Source: an uncultured cyanobacterium (GTDB lineage Bacteria; Cyanobacteriota; Cyanobacteriia; Cyanobacteriales; CAWCAG01). From it: 64,000 bases of DNA. The stretch is taken from assembly GCA_963793425.1 (NCBI GenBank), contig CAWCAG010000009.1, forward strand, positions 1,077,805-1,141,804. Reading direction: 5' to 3'. This document shows, in pieces, positions 19,323 to 29,512 of the stretch (position 1 is the first letter of the stretch; the number at the start of each line of letters is the position of its first letter). The translations under genes and the position numbers were made by a program. The notes under the pieces were generated by a model. The model saw nothing but the letters and a program-made list of their open reading frames with translations. It was not told the DNA's origin and did not search any database.

Positions 19323-20462
19323 ATGGAGCAAATACTGATTATTGACGATGATCCAGCAATTCAGATGTTGCTGAAAAGAACTTTAGCCAAAAGCGGTTAC
19401 GATGTCACCGTTGCTAGTGATGGTAAGGAGGGTTTAGCTAAGGCCAAGGAGATTGTTCCTGGCATGGTAATTTGCGACTGGATGATGCCTCATCTGAATG
19501 GCATTGATGTTTGTCGCCAAATTAAAGCCACCCCGCAGCTTTCGACCACTTTTTTTATACTACTAACCTCCAGAGATTCTGTAGATGATCGCGTAGAAGG
19601 TTTAGATGCCGGGGCCGATGATTTTGTTTGTAAACCCATTGAGATATTTGAGTTAGATGCCCGTGTTCGTTCTGGCTTAAGGCAACATCAACTAGCCAAT
19701 GACTTACAACAACAAAAGCAGCTTTTAGAAGCAGAATTAGCTGAGGCAGCAGAATATGTCTGTTCAATTTTACCAGAGCCTTTAATTGAGCCAAGAATAT
19801 CTATTAATCTGAAGTTTATTCCTTCTAGCCAGTTAGGGGGGGATAGTTTCGATTACTATTGGCTGGATGAAGACCGTATAGCCATGTATTTATTGGATGT
19901 CTCAGGCCATGGCTTGAGGGCTGCTTTACCTTCTTTGTCGGTAATGAATCTTTTGCGTTCTAAGGGCTTACCTAAAGTTAATTATCATCAACCTAGCGAA
20001 GTTCTCAGGGGGTTGAATGATGCTTTTCAAATGACTCAGCGCAATGACAAGTATTTTACTATTTGGTACGGCGTTTATGATACAAAACAACGTCAACTTG
20101 TTTATGCTAGTGCTGGCCATCCTCCAGGAGTTCTCCTTAGCCCCTTGCCTAAGTCTAGTTTAGAAGTGCAACTCTTAAAAACGCCAGGTTTTCCGGTAGG
20201 GATGTTTCCTGATGCTGAGTATACAGATACTAGCTGTGAGGTGCGACCTGATACTAGTCTTTATCTATTCAGCGATGGTATTTACGAACTTAGTCAAGAA
20301 GACGGTACGCTTTGGGGTTTAGATAATTTCATTGAGCAACTCAAAGACCATCAAAACAATCCTCAGCAGAATTTGGAGTTTTTAATTAAAAAAGTTCAAT
20401 CTTTCAACTCTAAAGATGTCTTAGATGACGATCTTTCCCTAATGCGAATAGATTTCGTCTGA
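19323..20462 (+). CDS. Response regulator receiver + SpoIIE/PP2C phosphatase (RsbU-like)
   Basis: IIDDD / ICDWMMP receiver; GGDSFD, DVSGHG, SDGIYE, DDLS phosphatase motifs. Confidence 0.92.
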   Translation: MEQILIIDDDPAIQMLLKRTLAKSGYDVTVASDGKEGLAKAKEIVPGMVICDWMMPHLNGIDVCRQIKATPQLSTTFFILLTSRDSVDDRVEGLDAGADDFVCKPIEIFELDARVRSGLRQHQLANDLQQQKQLLEAELAEAAEYVCSILPEPLIEPRISINLKFIPSSQLGGDSFDYYWLDEDRIAMYLLDVSGHGLRAALPSLSVMNLLRSKGLPKVNYHQPSEVLRGLNDAFQMTQRNDKYFTIWYGVYDTKQRQLVYASAGHPPGVLLSPLPKSSLEVQLLKTPGFPVGMFPDAEYTDTSCEVRPDTSLYLFSDGIYELSQEDGTLWGLDNFIEQLKDHQNNPQQNLEFLIKKVQSFNSKDVLDDDLSLMRIDFV

Positions 20463-20505
20463 ATTTCTGTGGTCAGAAAGTATTATTAACCAACATGAAG
20501 AAACA

Positions 20506-20557
20506 AGCATCTATCCCACGCCGAATTTTTGAGATTACGAACGTGGGGACGGATGCT
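20506..20557. terminator. Imperfect inverted repeat between convergent genes
   Basis: AGCATCTATCCCACG ... CGTGGGGACGGATGCT. Confidence 0.5.
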
Positions 20558-20589
20558 ACAATTAACCTCCCGGTAAAAACTGGCTATTT

Positions 20590-20916
20590 CTAAGACTTGG
20601 TTAAGACTTTTTCTTGGAAATCTTCATAATTATCAAAGATTTCAAATACTCGATCCATACTGGTAAGCTCAAATAACATTTTAATTTGTTCATTAATGGA
20701 ACATAAAAACAGTTTAGAGCCAGCCGTACGAACAGTTTTGAGGGCTAATACTAACGCTCCTAAACCAGAGCTATCCATAAAAGTTACATCACGAAAATCA
20801 ATGACGATAATTTCCGCCTTATCTTCGACGCATTTTTGAATTTCTTGACGGAATTCACTCGCTTTCGTCCCGTCTAAGATCCCGGAAGGTTTAATTACTT
20901 TAACAGCAGAATTCAT
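20590..20916 (-). CDS. STAS-domain anti-anti-sigma factor (RsbV-like)
   Basis: VTFMDSSGLGAL phosphoserine motif. Confidence 0.92.
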   Translation of the reverse strand: MNSAVKVIKPSGILDGTKASEFRQEIQKCVEDKAEIIVIDFRDVTFMDSSGLGALVLALKTVRTAGSKLFLCSINEQIKMLFELTSMDRVFEIFDNYEDFQEKVLTKS

Positions 20917-21052
20917 AGATGTTGTCGATTTCCTCTGTAAAAATCTGCGGACTTTGCCAGTATAACTGTGAGCTTTGCTTTAAGCCATACTCTTTTCCTA
21001 GGAAGATGATCTTCCCTATTCTTTATTCTATTCTGCCCTCGGAGCATAATTT

Positions 21053-22744
21053 ATGGAAACTTATGATGTAATTATTATCGGTGCAGGTCACAATGGGTTA
21101 GTCTGTGGGGCTTATTTGCTTAAAGCTGGCTATAAAGTTTTGTGGTTAGAAAAGCGCTCTGTACCTGGAGGGGCGGCTACCACAGAAGAAGTAATACCCA
21201 AAGAGGCTCCTGGTTTTAAGTTTAATCTTTGTGCTATTGATCATGAATTTATTTTCCTGAGTCCAGTTATTGAGGAATTACAACTCCACAAATATGGCTT
21301 AGAATATCTTTTTTGTGATCCGGTAGTTTTTTGCCCTCATCCTGATGGTAAGTACTTTTTTGCCCATAAATCTGTTGAGGCAACTTGTGCAGAAATTGCC
21401 CGTTATAGCCAGCGAGATGCGGTTAAGTACGCTGAATTCATTGCTTATTGGCAAGGTTTGATGGGGGCGATCGCGCCTCTTTTTAATGCCCCTCCTAAGT
21501 CTTTATTAGATATTGCTGGTAATTTTGACAAAGGGAAAATTAAAGATTTATTTAAAAGTGTGGGTTCGACAAAAAAGACCCTGGATTTTATCCGCACCAT
21601 GCTTTCTAGCCCCGAAGATTTAATTAATGAGTGGTTTGACAGTGAAATTGTTCGAGCGCCTCTAGCTAGGTTAGCAGCAGAAATTGGCGCTCCTCCTTCT
21701 CAAAAAGGTATTACCGCCGGGGCCATGATGATGGCCATGCGTCACCATCCCGGTATGGCTAGACCTCGCGGTGGGACAGGGGCTTTAACAGAGGCTTTGG
21801 TTAAGCTGGTAAAAGCAGAAGGGGGAACAATTCTTACTGAGCAAGGAGTAGAAAAGGTTTTGGTCAATGATGGTCATGCTGTGGGAGTAAGAGTGTCTGG
21901 AGGGAAGGAATATTTAGCTAAGGCGGGGGTTATTTCCAATATTGATGCTCAACGGCTCTTTTTACAGTTAATGGAGCCAGGGGACGTTGCTGAGGTGGAT
22001 TCGCAATTGCGCGATCGCCTAGAGAGGAAAATTGCTAATAATAATGAAACAATTCTTAAAATAGACTGTGCTTTATCAGAGCCTCCTCGGTTTGTTAATC
22101 ATAATCATCAAGATGAATATTTAATCGGAACAGTACTAATAGCAGATTCTGTTAACCAAGTAGAAAAAGCCCATGCTTTGGCCAATATGGGAGAAATTCC
22201 TGATAGTGATCCATCTATGTACCTTGATGTACCTACTGTCCTTGACCCTTCTATGGCTCCGGAAGGTAAGCATACTTTGTGGATTGAGTTTTTTGCTCCC
22301 TACCAAATTTATGGGGCAGAGGGGACTGGTTTAAATGGGACTGGTTGGACAGATGAGGTTAAGAATAAGGTTGCTGACCGAGTTATGGATAAGTTAGCCG
22401 AATATGCTCCGAATGTTAAGGAAAGTGTGATTGCTAGGCGGGTAGAAAGCCCTGCTGAATTAGCGCAAAGGTTAGGAAGTTATAAGGGTAATTATTATCA
22501 TATGGATATGACCATTGATCAGATGGTTTTCTTGCGTCCTTTACCAGAGATAGCTAATTATAAAACACCCATTGAAGGTTTGTTTTTAACTGGGGCAGGA
22601 ACTCATCCTGGAGGAGCAATTTCGGGAATGCCAGGGAGAAATTGTGCCAGGGTTTTCTTACAGCAACAAAAGCCTTTTGCTAGTCGTTGGCAGGATGCTC
22701 AAGAAACAGTTAAATCGGTTTTTAATTCAGTTTTTGGTAATTAG
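21053..22744 (+). CDS. crtO: Beta-carotene ketolase (CrtI-like FAD oxidoreductase)
   Basis: GAGHNGL, CAIDHEFIFL, LFCDP, GAGTHPGG..SGMPGRNCA characteristic of cyanobacterial CrtO. Confidence 0.85.
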   Translation: METYDVIIIGAGHNGLVCGAYLLKAGYKVLWLEKRSVPGGAATTEEVIPKEAPGFKFNLCAIDHEFIFLSPVIEELQLHKYGLEYLFCDPVVFCPHPDGKYFFAHKSVEATCAEIARYSQRDAVKYAEFIAYWQGLMGAIAPLFNAPPKSLLDIAGNFDKGKIKDLFKSVGSTKKTLDFIRTMLSSPEDLINEWFDSEIVRAPLARLAAEIGAPPSQKGITAGAMMMAMRHHPGMARPRGGTGALTEALVKLVKAEGGTILTEQGVEKVLVNDGHAVGVRVSGGKEYLAKAGVISNIDAQRLFLQLMEPGDVAEVDSQLRDRLERKIANNNETILKIDCALSEPPRFVNHNHQDEYLIGTVLIADSVNQVEKAHALANMGEIPDSDPSMYLDVPTVLDPSMAPEGKHTLWIEFFAPYQIYGAEGTGLNGTGWTDEVKNKVADRVMDKLAEYAPNVKESVIARRVESPAELAQRLGSYKGNYYHMDMTIDQMVFLRPLPEIANYKTPIEGLFLTGAGTHPGGAISGMPGRNCARVFLQQQKPFASRWQDAQETVKSVFNSVFGN

Positions 22745-22756
22745 TTATTTGAGGGT

Positions 22757-23008
22757 TTATTTCTTATTAAAATAAGCTAAACTTTGAGAAATTGCTATGT
22801 CCATTTCTTCTACAGTGGCGGCTTTAATATTAGGACGATACAATTTTCCAGAAAGAGTTTCTACGGAAACATTGAGAGGAATAAGTTTAACTTTGCCTTC
22901 TTGATCTATCACAAAAGCAACTTTACTACCTGTCTGTAGTTTCAGGTAGCTACGAATCTCTAAGGGGATTACTATTTCTCCTTTGCTGGTGACTGTTGCA
23001 TTTATCAT
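22757..23008 (-). CDS. AbrB/MazE/SpoVT-family DNA-binding antitoxin-like protein
   Basis: ATVTSKGEIVIPLEIRSYLKLQTGSKV motif. Confidence 0.85.
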   Translation of the reverse strand: MINATVTSKGEIVIPLEIRSYLKLQTGSKVAFVIDQEGKVKLIPLNVSVETLSGKLYRPNIKAATVEEMDIAISQSLAYFNKK

Positions 23009-23067
23009 TTTGAGAATAATTGTAAAAACTTTAATATTTTGAATTTTTTAAGATAATCGCTATTTTC

Positions 23068-24882
23068 CTATATTTTACAGACTGCAAGCCTCTGTGCAAT
23101 AAAAGGAATATGTACCAGTCCCTTTACATAAAATTCTTTACCAATTCTAATTGGCATGGGTAGATACCCTACAGCTATATTATCTTGCGATTCATAGTCT
23201 ATCTCTTCAAACCATTCATCTTTCTCTCGGTTATACCACTTCACCTTTTCAGCAAATTTTTGATAGGTTTCCCATTCATATTCATCTGCTAGCTGACCAC
23301 CACATTCCAACCAAATATCTCTTTGTACCGTAAAACCTAACTTCCCATTACTATATTTGACCCACAAATTGTTGATTTTGTGTAAGTCCTCACAGGAAAA
23401 CTCTTCTATATTGTCGTCGTTTAGTGAGCTTCTTGATGGGATGAAGAATTCTTCTTCTTTTACTCCAGCCACTATATGCATTATCTTGAGAGTTTCTTCA
23501 TCAGCTTTTTCCCATTGTCCATTTTTAAGATAATTTTCTAAAGGCTGATAAAGTAAAGTAATTAATTTCAACTTTAATTCTTCATACTCTACTTCTAATT
23601 CTGTCTCAAGTTGGCGAGGCGATTCTTGTAAGCAATTAAAAGCCAACAAAATTGCTTCTCTTCTTCCCTCTTTTCCTAGTTCACATAAAGCTTTGACTAA
23701 CTGACTAGGATTAAACTGTGCTGCATAAAGCAAAATTGTTTCCCGCCACCAAGCTTTTTCCCAATTAGCAATTAATAAATCTCCCCTATTAATATGAATT
23801 ATCTCTTTCGCTGCCAAATAACCTTGAAAACTCAAATGAGCAAACTCATAATTTTCATCCCGTTTAACTAATAGTTCACTAATATCAACAATTTCTTTGA
23901 TAAAATCCTTAGCCACCACAGATTTATCAAAACTTTCAATCGGCGCTTTTACTTGCTCCAGCAAAACATCTTCTGCAATAGTTGGCTTATTCTCCCTCAC
24001 CATGTACAAAGCCAAACCCTGCAAAACTTTCTGTGCCTCCTTCAAGGGCAAAACTAAATCAATCTTTCTTGCTAAAGGACGATTACCTAACTGTAAGTTA
24101 ACAATTTCTCGATATAACTCGCTGCGTCTTTTCGGTAACTCTTCTGTGGGATAGCAACGATGTAAATTAGTAATAATGTTTAGCAATAAGGGGTTTTTTG
24201 CTAAATCATTTAACTCCAGGCGTTCATTTAATTGTTGCAACAAATTATGGGCATTATTAACCGCTTCTGCTTTCACATCTGCTGTATCTCTACCACCTCT
24301 AGCCAATCGTTCCTGACACCAATACCAATTATTAATAAATCTCTCTTGCTGATTTCTATTAAAAGGTTTAACAAATAATTGAGCCTGTAATTTATATTCC
24401 GTCAGAAAATGTTCATTATAGGTTAAGCCTGGTTTGTAACCTTCTGTCCTAAAATCCTTGCAGGTGTTTCCTTGTACGTTTAAATATTTATCATCAACCC
24501 CTGCTAATTGCCATTTAATTGTCTCCTTGATAGCTTGATCTGTTTGTTCTATCCAAGCCATCAAAGAATCAACATCTTTTGCTCCCCTTTCCTTGTAAAT
24601 TTCATAAAATCTGGTTAATACACTTTCTGAATAAGCTGCCCAAATAACAGCCAATATCGTCGCGGGAAAAGTAATTAAAACTAATACCCATTGCTGTTGC
24701 AACAGAAAAGAGAAAAAGACAACAATACTCCCACCCACAGGAGCAAATTGTACTAACGACTTCACCGCAGGAACTACGGTAGTTTGAACTAAACCTTGAG
24801 CATTTTTTCTTGCTCGTGCGATCGCAACTTTAGATTCAGCCGGAGTTTTAGTTTCTTTCTTTTCGGGCTTCTCGTCAGTCAT
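23068..24882 (-). CDS. GUN4-domain protein with N-terminal TMs and NACHT-associated helical region; NTPase core appears missing
   Basis: NPLLL, FAHLSFQGYLAA and WWRETILL post-NACHT motifs; GUN4 motifs WEKADEET and LWVKYSNGKLGF; no Walker A seen. Confidence 0.75.
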   Translation of the reverse strand: MTDEKPEKKETKTPAESKVAIARARKNAQGLVQTTVVPAVKSLVQFAPVGGSIVVFFSFLLQQQWVLVLITFPATILAVIWAAYSESVLTRFYEIYKERGAKDVDSLMAWIEQTDQAIKETIKWQLAGVDDKYLNVQGNTCKDFRTEGYKPGLTYNEHFLTEYKLQAQLFVKPFNRNQQERFINNWYWCQERLARGGRDTADVKAEAVNNAHNLLQQLNERLELNDLAKNPLLLNIITNLHRCYPTEELPKRRSELYREIVNLQLGNRPLARKIDLVLPLKEAQKVLQGLALYMVRENKPTIAEDVLLEQVKAPIESFDKSVVAKDFIKEIVDISELLVKRDENYEFAHLSFQGYLAAKEIIHINRGDLLIANWEKAWWRETILLYAAQFNPSQLVKALCELGKEGRREAILLAFNCLQESPRQLETELEVEYEELKLKLITLLYQPLENYLKNGQWEKADEETLKIMHIVAGVKEEEFFIPSRSSLNDDNIEEFSCEDLHKINNLWVKYSNGKLGFTVQRDIWLECGGQLADEYEWETYQKFAEKVKWYNREKDEWFEEIDYESQDNIAVGYLPMPIRIGKEFYVKGLVHIPFIAQRLAVCKI

Positions 24883-25137
24883 AGCAAAGGGTTTGTTGAT
24901 ATTTTGTAAACGAGATAGAGGCAGGAAATTATTTATATTGTAAAGGTTGATTTATTTACATTTCAGAAATAATATAAATTTAGGAAAACTCGTCACCACT
25001 GAAATATCTTTATAATAAATTCAAAAAAATCTGTAGCGATCACCTTACCCAATCAAAAATTTAAAATTATTTGACATTCAAGACAATCACTACTAATGCT
25101 GCATATTATTTTAAGGAGAGACATTTTTAAATAATTA

Positions 25138-25737
25138 TCAATTATCAATTGATAAAGCTTGTCTAAATTCTCGTACCGCCTGAAGATGATTAGGCAACTC
25201 AACATACTTTTTAAACAAATTTATATCTAATCTAGGCAGACATTTACTTGTTTCAAGTCTTCGATAACCAATCTTTGCTTCTACTTTTTCTAAGGCATAA
25301 ATTGATAAACTTCCTGCTTCCCAAAACCAAACTTCGGGAATATTTAACCTTTTGTATGCTTCTAACTTATCAATTCCCCCACTAGTAACCACAACTTCAA
25401 CAACCAAGTCAGGATAATCTCTACCTTCATTTAATTCATAGGATAAATCAGCTTCCCTTTTAACCAATCCTGTTTCACTTTCTAAAGTCATAGAACCAGT
25501 AGGAGTATAGTTAATATTGGCTATTTCTAAATAAATATCTAGTAGACTAGAAATACGCTGTTTAATGACTTCATGTTTTCTTCCTGGCATGAGACGTAAT
25601 TCTAAAATCCCCTTAAGAAAAGATAACCTAACTCCTGGGCGCTCAAGAATTGACTGTACAGTCTTAAATTCTTGCCAAGTCATTTTATCAAATAAAATAG
25701 GTTGTTCAGAAATAGTTTCTGCGATCGCAAATGTCAT
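25138..25737 (-). CDS. Uma2-family (DUF820) PD-(D/E)xK endonuclease-fold protein
   Basis: EADLSY, PDLVVEVV, YKRLNIPEVW motifs. Confidence 0.9.
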   Translation of the reverse strand: MTFAIAETISEQPILFDKMTWQEFKTVQSILERPGVRLSFLKGILELRLMPGRKHEVIKQRISSLLDIYLEIANINYTPTGSMTLESETGLVKREADLSYELNEGRDYPDLVVEVVVTSGGIDKLEAYKRLNIPEVWFWEAGSLSIYALEKVEAKIGYRRLETSKCLPRLDINLFKKYVELPNHLQAVREFRQALSIDN

Positions 25738-25751
25738 AACTTTCTCCTTTA

Positions 25752-26816
25752 TTAACGTCGCATAATAAGCTCTAAATCCTCTCCAAACATTGCCTCTAGT
25801 AACTCTTCAAGTTCTTCTGGAACGACTGGAGAAGCAGAAGCTGGCCCTTTAATAAAGTCTTTAATCGTAATCTTGCGATCGCGGAAATCTTGAACAAAAT
25901 TACGGACTTCTTCTAAAATATCAATTTCCATTTGACCTTCTTCAAGGGTATTACCAACTATATCTATACCCTCTCGTTTAGCACTACGATAAGCTTTTAC
26001 CATTTGACCTTCAGGAGTACTCTTAACTTGATTTAGTTCTGTTTTAAGTTGTTCAAGTTGTTCAGTTAGTAACTCAATTTCTTTTTCTAATTGTCTTTCT
26101 TGTTCATTTTGAGCAGAAGCGCGAAAATCTTCTTTGTTGCTCTGACTTTCAATTTCTAATAATCTGGCATAATCACCATTTTTATAGGCAAGATTAATCT
26201 CTTTCATCACTTCTGTGTGATGATTTTGGGTTTCCTCATCAGCCACTTTATCAGGATGAAACTTATCTGCTAACTTCAAAAAAAGCTTCCTTAAATCCTT
26301 AGAAGCCCTACCCTTAACTTCTGCACCAGTTTCTGCAAATAATTCTTCTTGCTCACCAAAAAAGTTCCGGGGATTTGAAGAATGAAAATCTTCTTCTTCT
26401 GGGGCAAAATCTTCTTCCATTTCCTCATGCTCTGATGGGTCAAGGCGAGAGGAAATACGTCCTGTTAATTGAAGGGTTTTGTATACTTCTTCAATTTGCT
26501 TTTTTGACTGCTTTCCGAAGCGACGTTTAGTTAAAATTTCGTCGAACAAATTATGAATTTCTTGATCAATTTTGAGGAGTTGCTCGTATAAAGAGCTACT
26601 TTTAGCTACCATTTCCATGGCAACCTCCCTTACTTGCCCAGTCAAGTTAGATAATTCTGTTCTTCTGCGCTTGATTTGGGTAAGAAGTTTTTTGTGTTGT
26701 TGCTGAAGAAACTCAAGTCTTCCACTGAGAGAGGCAAAGGAAAGTGTTGACTCATCAGCAGATGGGGAAGCTGTAGATGTGGTTTGGGAGGGGGTTTTTC
26801 TTTTCCTTCTGGCCAT
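25752..26816 (-). CDS. Coiled-coil protein with internal J-domain
   Basis: LRKLFLKLADKFHPDK...MKEINLAY (HPD motif). Confidence 0.82.
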   Translation of the reverse strand: MARRKRKTPSQTTSTASPSADESTLSFASLSGRLEFLQQQHKKLLTQIKRRRTELSNLTGQVREVAMEMVAKSSSLYEQLLKIDQEIHNLFDEILTKRRFGKQSKKQIEEVYKTLQLTGRISSRLDPSEHEEMEEDFAPEEEDFHSSNPRNFFGEQEELFAETGAEVKGRASKDLRKLFLKLADKFHPDKVADEETQNHHTEVMKEINLAYKNGDYARLLEIESQSNKEDFRASAQNEQERQLEKEIELLTEQLEQLKTELNQVKSTPEGQMVKAYRSAKREGIDIVGNTLEEGQMEIDILEEVRNFVQDFRDRKITIKDFIKGPASASPVVPEELEELLEAMFGEDLELIMRR

Positions 26817-26923
26817 GAATCAAAAAAGAGGACGAACATTAAAATCCACTTTAGTTTACCTAACTTTTTGGATTTAACAACGACCCAAGTTTAACTATCC
26901 CATGGCATCACCACTTTTTACCC

Positions 26924-26998
26924 AAAAAGAAAAGGCTTCTGGGAGTCTGGCCGTGTTTCGACCCCAAAAGCCTTTTCTTTAATTTTCGCTCCTCACAC
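26924..26998 (-). ncRNA. yfr2: Yfr2-family cyanobacterial sRNA
   Basis: Minus strand: -10-like TACACT, then 6 nt, then GTGTGAGGAGCG... followed by a long hairpin with loop GAAACACGGC and a U-rich 3' end. Matches the Yfr2 5' motif and loop motif as I recall them. Confidence 0.72.
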
Positions 26999-27186
26999 AA
27001 ATACAGTGTATACCTAACCATTCTGTTTTTATAAGGGAGTAGTGACACTTTTCTAACTGACACTCTTCTATTGGGTTGCTAATTGCTAGTTGCTAGCCGC
27101 TAATAGTTTTCACCCCAGCTCCCCATCTCCCCATCTCCCAATCTCCCAATCTCCCTAGCTCCCTAGCCCCCTAACTCCCTAACTCC

Positions 27187-28500
27187 CTAACCCCGTCTTC
27201 CCGTTTTCATAGGCAGTTTGATAATAAATTCTGTTCCTCTATTTACATGAGAAATACATTTAAGTTGTCCTTGATGTTTTTCTTTAATTATGTGGTAACT
27301 ACAAGCAATAGCTAAATATTTTTCTGTATCAACTCCTGGGGTATTAAACAAATTATCAAATAAATAATCTGGATCTACTTCAGTTATGCCAAAACCATTA
27401 TCCATAATAGAAATTGTGAGATAATTATTATCAATTACTTCTGTATGAATAGTAATTTTTGGTTCTCTATTTTCTTTTTTTCTCCTTTGTTCATCTAATA
27501 CATTGACAGCATTAGTAATAATGACCATAAACACCTGATTAATCTCTCCTAGATAACATTCAATCAAAGGCAAATCACCATATTCTTTAACTACTTTAAT
27601 GATAGGTTCCCCTACTTTTGCCTTCAAACGATGCTGTAAAAGGGTCAAACAGCTATCAAGTCCTTCATGAATATCTACTAATTTGAAATCCGTCATGCCA
27701 AAACTAGAGAAGTTACGCAAAGACTGAACTAACCCATAAATACGTTCCGCCCCTATATCCATTGAGGTAAGTAATTGCAATAGATCAGATTTAAGAAAAT
27801 CTAGATCAATAGCTTCTATTTCTTGAGCGATCGCCGCAGTTGTTTCTGGCAATGCTTCTTGATACATCGTTAAAAGTTTGAGTAAACTTTGGGCATAACT
27901 ACGAGCGTGGGATAAGTTACCGTAAATGAAGTTAATGGGGTTGTTTAGTTCATTAGCAATACTCACTACTAACTGCCCCAAACTAGACATTTTTTCACTT
28001 ACAATTAGATGAGATTGAGCTTTTTGTAGTTGTTGTAAAGTCTGAGCTAGTTGCTGTGATTTAGCTTTTTCTTGTGCTTCGGATTCCTGTAATTGTTCTT
28101 GCAAACGTAGACTATTAATTTGAGTTTCTACCCTCGCAACAACTTCTTCGAGTTGAAACGGTTTAGTAATGTAATCTGCTGCACCAAGCTCAAAAGCTTT
28201 GACTTTATCAAAAACATCGCTCAAAGCGCTAACAAAAATAATGGGGATATGGCGAGTTTCTTCCTCTGCTTTGAGTTTTTGACAAACTTCAAAGCCATCC
28301 ATTTGTGGCATATTTATATCCAACAAAATCAAATCTGGCGGTAGCACTTGGATAGACTTTAAGGCTAAAGCACCAGTGATGGCACTGCGTACGTCATAAT
28401 TCTGAGTCTTCAACATCGCAGAAAGAAGACGGAGATTGTTGGGCATATCATCAACGATGAGAATGTTTCCTTTGAAACCTTCTACTCCATTGCTACTCAT
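27187..28500 (-). CDS. Receiver + HisKA/HATPase hybrid protein, degenerate (probable pseudokinase)
   Basis: Intact receiver (IVDD, LLDINMP, KPF); H-box reads SIANELNNP; G2 box is lost. Confidence 0.82.
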   Translation of the reverse strand: MSSNGVEGFKGNILIVDDMPNNLRLLSAMLKTQNYDVRSAITGALALKSIQVLPPDLILLDINMPQMDGFEVCQKLKAEEETRHIPIIFVSALSDVFDKVKAFELGAADYITKPFQLEEVVARVETQINSLRLQEQLQESEAQEKAKSQQLAQTLQQLQKAQSHLIVSEKMSSLGQLVVSIANELNNPINFIYGNLSHARSYAQSLLKLLTMYQEALPETTAAIAQEIEAIDLDFLKSDLLQLLTSMDIGAERIYGLVQSLRNFSSFGMTDFKLVDIHEGLDSCLTLLQHRLKAKVGEPIIKVVKEYGDLPLIECYLGEINQVFMVIITNAVNVLDEQRRKKENREPKITIHTEVIDNNYLTISIMDNGFGITEVDPDYLFDNLFNTPGVDTEKYLAIACSYHIIKEKHQGQLKCISHVNRGTEFIIKLPMKTGRRG

Positions 28501-28689
28501 GAGATAATAGTGTAGTGGTCAGCAAGCTTAATAGAAGCAAGAATTATTGCTCGCACTAAAAAAGCGAAAGAAAAGAGGGAACAAACATTTATAACTTTAA
28601 AATGCCCCCAATTGTGTAACTCTTCAGTGTTATTTAAGAGCCTCAAGATGAGAAACTGAAATTTGAAGGGAACAAAGAGATACAAAAAA

Positions 28690-29277
28690 ATGGTCAAAAC
28701 TAAAGGTGTTAGCTATTTTGTAGCTGTCAGCGATCTTGCTAAACCTGTTGCGGAACAGGAAGGATTTTTGGTAGAGGTAGATAATCGTAGCGGAGATACA
28801 GAGAAAAATCGGGACAGGGCCCTAGAAATTGTTAACCAGATGTGGGAAGAAGGGAATATAGAATCAGATAAATTTCCCGACGGCGTAACCAAAGAACATA
28901 TTTTCTTCGTCCCCCCAGATAGCCCTCAACTACGTTCTCCCCGAACTTTAAATGAAGAACCTGAACTTCTACCTGTAGTTCAAGGAGCGCAAGAAATCAT
29001 CGAATTAACTAAACTTCAAGTAGAAGTTCAAGAAGCGGCAGAAGAAACTGCCCCCTATGCCCCTATTATTGAAGCAATTTTAGACCGAAGCCGCCCTCTT
29101 AGCCCAGAGGAAAAGGATTTAGCGAAAGAAAAGAAGTACGGCAAAGTAATCAACAGAATGGGTTTTGCCATTGCTAGCCAAGAAGAGTACCAAGCAAATT
29201 GTACTGGTAACGGGCGCTTAATTCTCAATGCGATCGCTTGGCAGTTGAATCAAGAAGATGAGGAAGTAGGGAAGTAG
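28690..29277 (+). CDS. Hypothetical protein
   Basis: About 195-aa ORF from ATG 28690; no recognised motif. Confidence 0.65.
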   Translation: MVKTKGVSYFVAVSDLAKPVAEQEGFLVEVDNRSGDTEKNRDRALEIVNQMWEEGNIESDKFPDGVTKEHIFFVPPDSPQLRSPRTLNEEPELLPVVQGAQEIIELTKLQVEVQEAAEETAPYAPIIEAILDRSRPLSPEEKDLAKEKKYGKVINRMGFAIASQEEYQANCTGNGRLILNAIAWQLNQEDEEVGK

Positions 29278-29512
29278 GGAGATAGGGTGATCTCACAAGT
29301 GTAGGTTTTTTACAATTAGCTACTTTTTTTGCTGGGGAGCTAGGGAGCTAGGGAGCATTTTTTCCTCAATCCTGGTTTATTTTGATACATGAGCTGGAAA
29401 ATTTTCTACTGAAACCAAATCCGGTTAAGATAGACCCGGTATAAAATCTACGGATGAATGTCTCAAACCCTTACCTACTGCCTACTGCCTACTCCCTGCC
29501 TCCACAAATAAC

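Noticed and set aside
18668..20916. RsbW / RsbU / RsbV cluster as a novel system
   Set aside because: Well-known partner-switching module with canonical motifs.
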